Below, piece after piece: positions 15,176 to 18,104 of a stretch of DNA of 18,104 nt. A program made the position numbers and the translations under genes. Position 1 is the stretch's first letter, and each line of letters opens with the position of its first letter. Location: NCBI GenBank assembly GCA_964573185.1, contig CAZNIQ010000014.1, forward strand, positions 1-18,104, written 5' to 3'. The DNA comes from Candidatus Woesearchaeota archaeon (GTDB lineage Archaea; Nanobdellota; Nanobdellia; Nanobdellales; CAZNIQ01). Under the pieces are notes generated by a model. That model had not been told where the DNA came from. It saw nothing but the letters and a program-made list of their open reading frames with translations, and did not search any database.

Positions 15176-15178
15176 ATC

Positions 15179-15847
15179 ATGATGATCTCTAAAGATCGTA
15201 TCCTGCAGAAGATAAAAGAAGTAAAATCTAAAGCTAAGAAACGAAGATTCGTGCAAACATGGGACTTAATCGTAAATCTAAAGAACTGGGATCTAAAGAA
15301 GCCTGAAAATAGGATACTAGAATATGTTGAGTTACCTCACGGAAGGGGAAAGAAAGTTCCAGTAGCAGCAATAGTAGGACCTGAATTAGAGAAAGATGCA
15401 AAAGAGATATTTGACCTAGTTATAACAAAAGATCAATTACCGGAATTAGGTGCAAATAAAAGACAAGCTAAGAAAATAGCCAGAAGGTATGAATTCTTTG
15501 TTGCTCAAGCAGATCTAATGCCTTTAGTAGGTAGATATCTTGGTAAATATTTAGGTCCTAGAGATAAAATGCCAAATCCAAAAGCAGGTATGATATTCCC
15601 ACCTAAAGTTACTAGAAAAGATTTAGAAAATCTTTACAACAAATTACAAAAAACTGTTAGAGTATCCGTAAAGAAGCATGTTACTTTTGGAGTACCGGTG
15701 GGTTCAGAAAATATGGAAGATGAGTTAGTAGCAGAAAATATCGAGTATTTTATAAATTGGTTATTGAACCGATTACCAATGGGAAAGCAGAATATAGACA
15801 GTATATATTTAAAGCTTACAATGTCTCCTGCTGTTAGGTTAATATAA
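15179..15847 (+). CDS. rpl1: 50S ribosomal protein L1 (uL1).
   Basis: RRFVQTWDLIVNLK...ELPHGRGK...FFVAQADLMPLVGRYLGKYLGPRDKMPNPKAG is the L1 signature. Its position before P0 also fits. Confidence 0.9.
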   Translation: MMISKDRILQKIKEVKSKAKKRRFVQTWDLIVNLKNWDLKKPENRILEYVELPHGRGKKVPVAAIVGPELEKDAKEIFDLVITKDQLPELGANKRQAKKIARRYEFFVAQADLMPLVGRYLGKYLGPRDKMPNPKAGMIFPPKVTRKDLENLYNKLQKTVRVSVKKHVTFGVPVGSENMEDELVAENIEYFINWLLNRLPMGKQNIDSIYLKLTMSPAVRLI

Positions 15848-15848
15848 A

Positions 15849-16850
15849 ATGGTCGCCCCCTGGAAAATCCAAGAAGTTGAAGAAATAAAGAAACTATTAG
15901 AGGAGTACCCAGTGATAGGTATAGCGGACGCTATGGATTTACCTACAGCGCAGTTCCAAAGAATAAGGAAGGTACTTAAACAACATGGTGTTATAATAAG
16001 AGTTGTAAAGAAAACTTTATTGAAGAGAGCTCTAGATCAAGTAAAAGATAAAAAACCAGGATTAGAGAAGATAGAGGAATATATTAAGAAAGGAACAAGA
16101 ATTACTCCTGCATTAGTATTAGCTAAAGACATTAATGCTTTTAAGTTGTTTAAATTAATTGAAGAAAATAAATCTCCAGCTCCCGCAAAACCCGGTGCAA
16201 TAGCTCCAAGAGATATAGTAATTCCAGCAGGCCCAACACCTTTTACACCCGGTCCGATGATAGGATTCTTATCAAGAATGGGATTAAAGGTAAAAGTAGA
16301 AGGCGGAAGGATAGTGATACAAGAGGATAAAGTAATAGTCAGAGCTGGAGAAGTTATAAAACCAGAAGTTGCAGATCTATTGAATAAACTAGGTATAGAA
16401 CCTTTAGAAGTTAAATTAAAAGTTTTAGGAATTTGGGAGAAGGGAATATTCTATCCAGCAGATGTTTTAGCAATAGATGAAAAAGAATATAGAGAAAATA
16501 TTATTAAAGCATTTAGAACTGCTGTTGAACTAGGTATAAGAATAGGATTCCCCGCAAAGGACGTATTGCCAGTAGCTATACAAAGAGCATTCAGAATTGC
16601 TTTAGAATTATCTGCAATAGCCGGAATACCTTCAAGATCAAACATAGAGTACTTAATAAAGAAGGCACAGTCCATTGCTTTAGCATTAGCATCTAGGTTA
16701 CCAGAAGACCTCAGACCTGAGGAAGCAAAAGTAGTTACAGAAGCTCCAAAGGAAACAAAAGAAGAGGAGAAACCTAAGGAAGAAGAAAAGAAGGAGGAAA
16801 AAGCTGAAGAAGAAGCATTGGGTGGATTAGCAGCGTTGTTTGGTACCTAA
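15849..16850 (+). CDS. rplP0: 50S ribosomal stalk protein P0 (uL10).
   Basis: PWKIQEVEEIKKLLEEYPVIGIADAMDLPTAQFQRIRKVL is the P0 N-terminus. The tail is KE-rich and ends in EEALGGLAALFGT, the conserved stalk C-terminal peptide. Confidence 0.9.
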   Translation: MVAPWKIQEVEEIKKLLEEYPVIGIADAMDLPTAQFQRIRKVLKQHGVIIRVVKKTLLKRALDQVKDKKPGLEKIEEYIKKGTRITPALVLAKDINAFKLFKLIEENKSPAPAKPGAIAPRDIVIPAGPTPFTPGPMIGFLSRMGLKVKVEGGRIVIQEDKVIVRAGEVIKPEVADLLNKLGIEPLEVKLKVLGIWEKGIFYPADVLAIDEKEYRENIIKAFRTAVELGIRIGFPAKDVLPVAIQRAFRIALELSAIAGIPSRSNIEYLIKKAQSIALALASRLPEDLRPEEAKVVTEAPKETKEEEKPKEEEKKEEKAEEEALGGLAALFGT

Positions 16851-16895
16851 TGGTAACTTTTTTAAATATTTTTAAATAACCATAGGACAATGGGT

Positions 16896-17219
16896 ATGGA
16901 GTACATCTATGCTGCTTTGTTATTGCATGAAGCTGGAAAAGAGATAAATGCAGAGAATATAAAGAAGGTTTTGGAAGCAGCTGGTGTAGAAGTTAATGAA
17001 GCAATGGTAAACGCTTTAGTTACAGCTTTAGAAGGAATAAATATTGAAGAAGTTAAGAAAGAAGCTTTAACAGCACCTGTAGCAGCAGCTCCTGCTCAAG
17101 CTCCTGCTGAACAAAAGAAAGAGGAAAAGAAGGAGGAAGAAGAGAAGAAGAAAGCTGAAGAAGAAGAGAAGAAGCAAGAAGAGGCATTATCTGGTTTGGC
17201 ATCTCTATTCGGTCTTTAA
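16896..17219 (+). CDS. rpl12: 50S ribosomal stalk protein P1 (archaeal L12).
   Basis: [33 protein letters not shown]... is followed by an Ala/Pro hinge, a KE-rich tail and the terminal [16 protein letters not shown] 16890 (MGMEY...) is an alternative start. 16896 gives the conserved N-terminus. Confidence 0.85.
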   Translation: MEYIYAALLLHEAGKEINAENIKKVLEAAGVEVNEAMVNALVTALEGINIEEVKKEALTAPVAAAPAQAPAEQKKEEKKEEEEKKKAEEEEKKQEEALSGLASLFGL

Positions 17220-17231
17220 ATTTAATTTTTA

Positions 17232-18104
17232 ATGGTTAGCTTAAGACAATTAAAACAGGAAATACAGGAATTACGTAGAAAACTTTTAGAAATAGATAAA
17301 TTAAAAGAGGAAGCTTTTCAAAGAAAGGAATTACTTAAACAAGAATTACAGAAGAAAAGAGAAGAATTAAAACAATTAAAAGAGGAGAGAAGAAAAATAA
17401 AAGAGGAAATAGATCAATTGATGAATCAAAAAAATGAATTAAAAGAGAAGATACAAAAGTTAAAAGAAGAGTTAAGGGAATTGAACAGAAGAAAAAGAGA
17501 AATTATTAGGAAAAAGAAGTTACCGGCTGACCCTGAAAAGTTAAAAAGAGAATTGGAGATGCTAGAATATATATTAGAAACAGAAGTATTATCTTATAAT
17601 CAGGAAAGAAAAATATGGTCAAGAATTAAACAACTAAGAAGAATTTTGGCTTCAATGGAAGAAGTTAATGTTATTTTAGAGGAAATAGAGAAGAAAAGAT
17701 TAGAATTGGAGGCTTATAGATCCAAATTAAATATGATAAGAGAAAAACTAAAAGAATTGTTGGCAAAGAAGAAGGAATTAAGACAAAAAATTGAAACATT
17801 AATTAATGAAATAATTAAATTAAAGGAAGAAAGAAAGCAAGCTATTGAAGAATTTAGAAAATACAAAGAAGAGTTTAATAAGTTAAATGAAGAGTTGGCA
17901 AAGAAGTTAGAAGAATATGCAAGAGTACTAAGAGAAAGAGAAGAGAGATTGGCAAGACAGCTATTACAGGAAGATATAGAGGAAATAATGAAAAGATATC
18001 AGGAAATACAAAACAAATTGCTATCCGGACAAAAGATTACTACAGAGGAATTATTGATATTACAAAAATATGAAATATTGAAAGCTCATGGATTGATTAA
18101 ATGA
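17232..18104 (+). CDS. Long coiled-coil protein of unknown function.
   Basis: 290 aa, almost entirely heptad-like K/E/L/R/I repeats (LKQEIQELRRKLLEIDKLKEEAF...). It ends with TGA at the last bases of the window. It resembles the uncharacterised archaeal coiled-coil proteins, but I cannot assign a family from sequence alone. Confidence 0.55.
   Translation: MVSLRQLKQEIQELRRKLLEIDKLKEEAFQRKELLKQELQKKREELKQLKEERRKIKEEIDQLMNQKNELKEKIQKLKEELRELNRRKREIIRKKKLPADPEKLKRELEMLEYILETEVLSYNQERKIWSRIKQLRRILASMEEVNVILEEIEKKRLELEAYRSKLNMIREKLKELLAKKKELRQKIETLINEIIKLKEERKQAIEEFRKYKEEFNKLNEELAKKLEEYARVLREREERLARQLLQEDIEEIMKRYQEIQNKLLSGQKITTEELLILQKYEILKAHGLIK

Noticed and set aside
15141-15178. The GC-rich island as a split-tRNA half or other small RNA gene.
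   Set aside because: There is no T-arm (GTTCRAATC) or D-arm consensus and no acceptor-like complement. Its position between a TATA-like run and the L1 ATG, with an embedded AGGAGG, fits an mRNA leader better.
15179-15215. ATGATGA at the L1 start codon as a C box of another C/D sRNA.
   Set aside because: No CUGA follows at a spacing of 10-12 nt, and there is no C'/D' pair. The heptamer is simply the Met-Met-Ile start of a well-supported L1 gene.

Overview
This is a very AT-rich, tightly packed archaeal housekeeping region. All calls come from reading the translations and motifs by eye; no database search was run. Proteins are rich in Lys, Glu and Ile. The structured RNAs are GC-rich: the tRNA-Ala is 53/74 G+C in a window that is visibly AT-rich by eye. 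This suggests a hyperthermophile with a small, scrambled genome, possibly Nanoarchaeota- or DPANN-like, but that placement is only an inference.

Contents, left to right:
- A truncated pilin-like gene at the window edge.
- A class II ribonucleotide reductase whose single reading frame is broken by two in-frame stop codons into three pieces.
- A divergent ArsR-type regulator, then a protein disulfide oxidoreductase plus thioredoxin reductase pair.
- tRNA-Ala(UGC).
- A full-length Hef helicase/XPF nuclease.
- A fragment of the archaeal ribosomal-protein cluster (L29, aSUI1, RNase P Rpp29, S17, L14), interrupted by two antisense C/D box sRNAs.
- A THUMP plus SPOUT-like RNA methyltransferase candidate.
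- A membrane protein and a PUA-domain RlmI-like m5C methyltransferase.
- A short intergenic island with two more C/D box sRNAs and a tiny hydrophobic ORF.
- A dTMP-synthesis cluster: dCTP deaminase, an uncharacterised PP-loop ATPase, and a divergent atypical ThyX.
- The L1-P0-P1 stalk operon with a structured GC-rich leader.
- A long coiled-coil protein.

No CRISPR array, mobile element or recognisable defence system was seen. The items most worth follow-up are the three-piece RNR, the four unannotated C/D sRNAs (one overlaps an ORF start codon), the L1 leader structure, and the dcd/PP-loop/atypical thyX arrangement.
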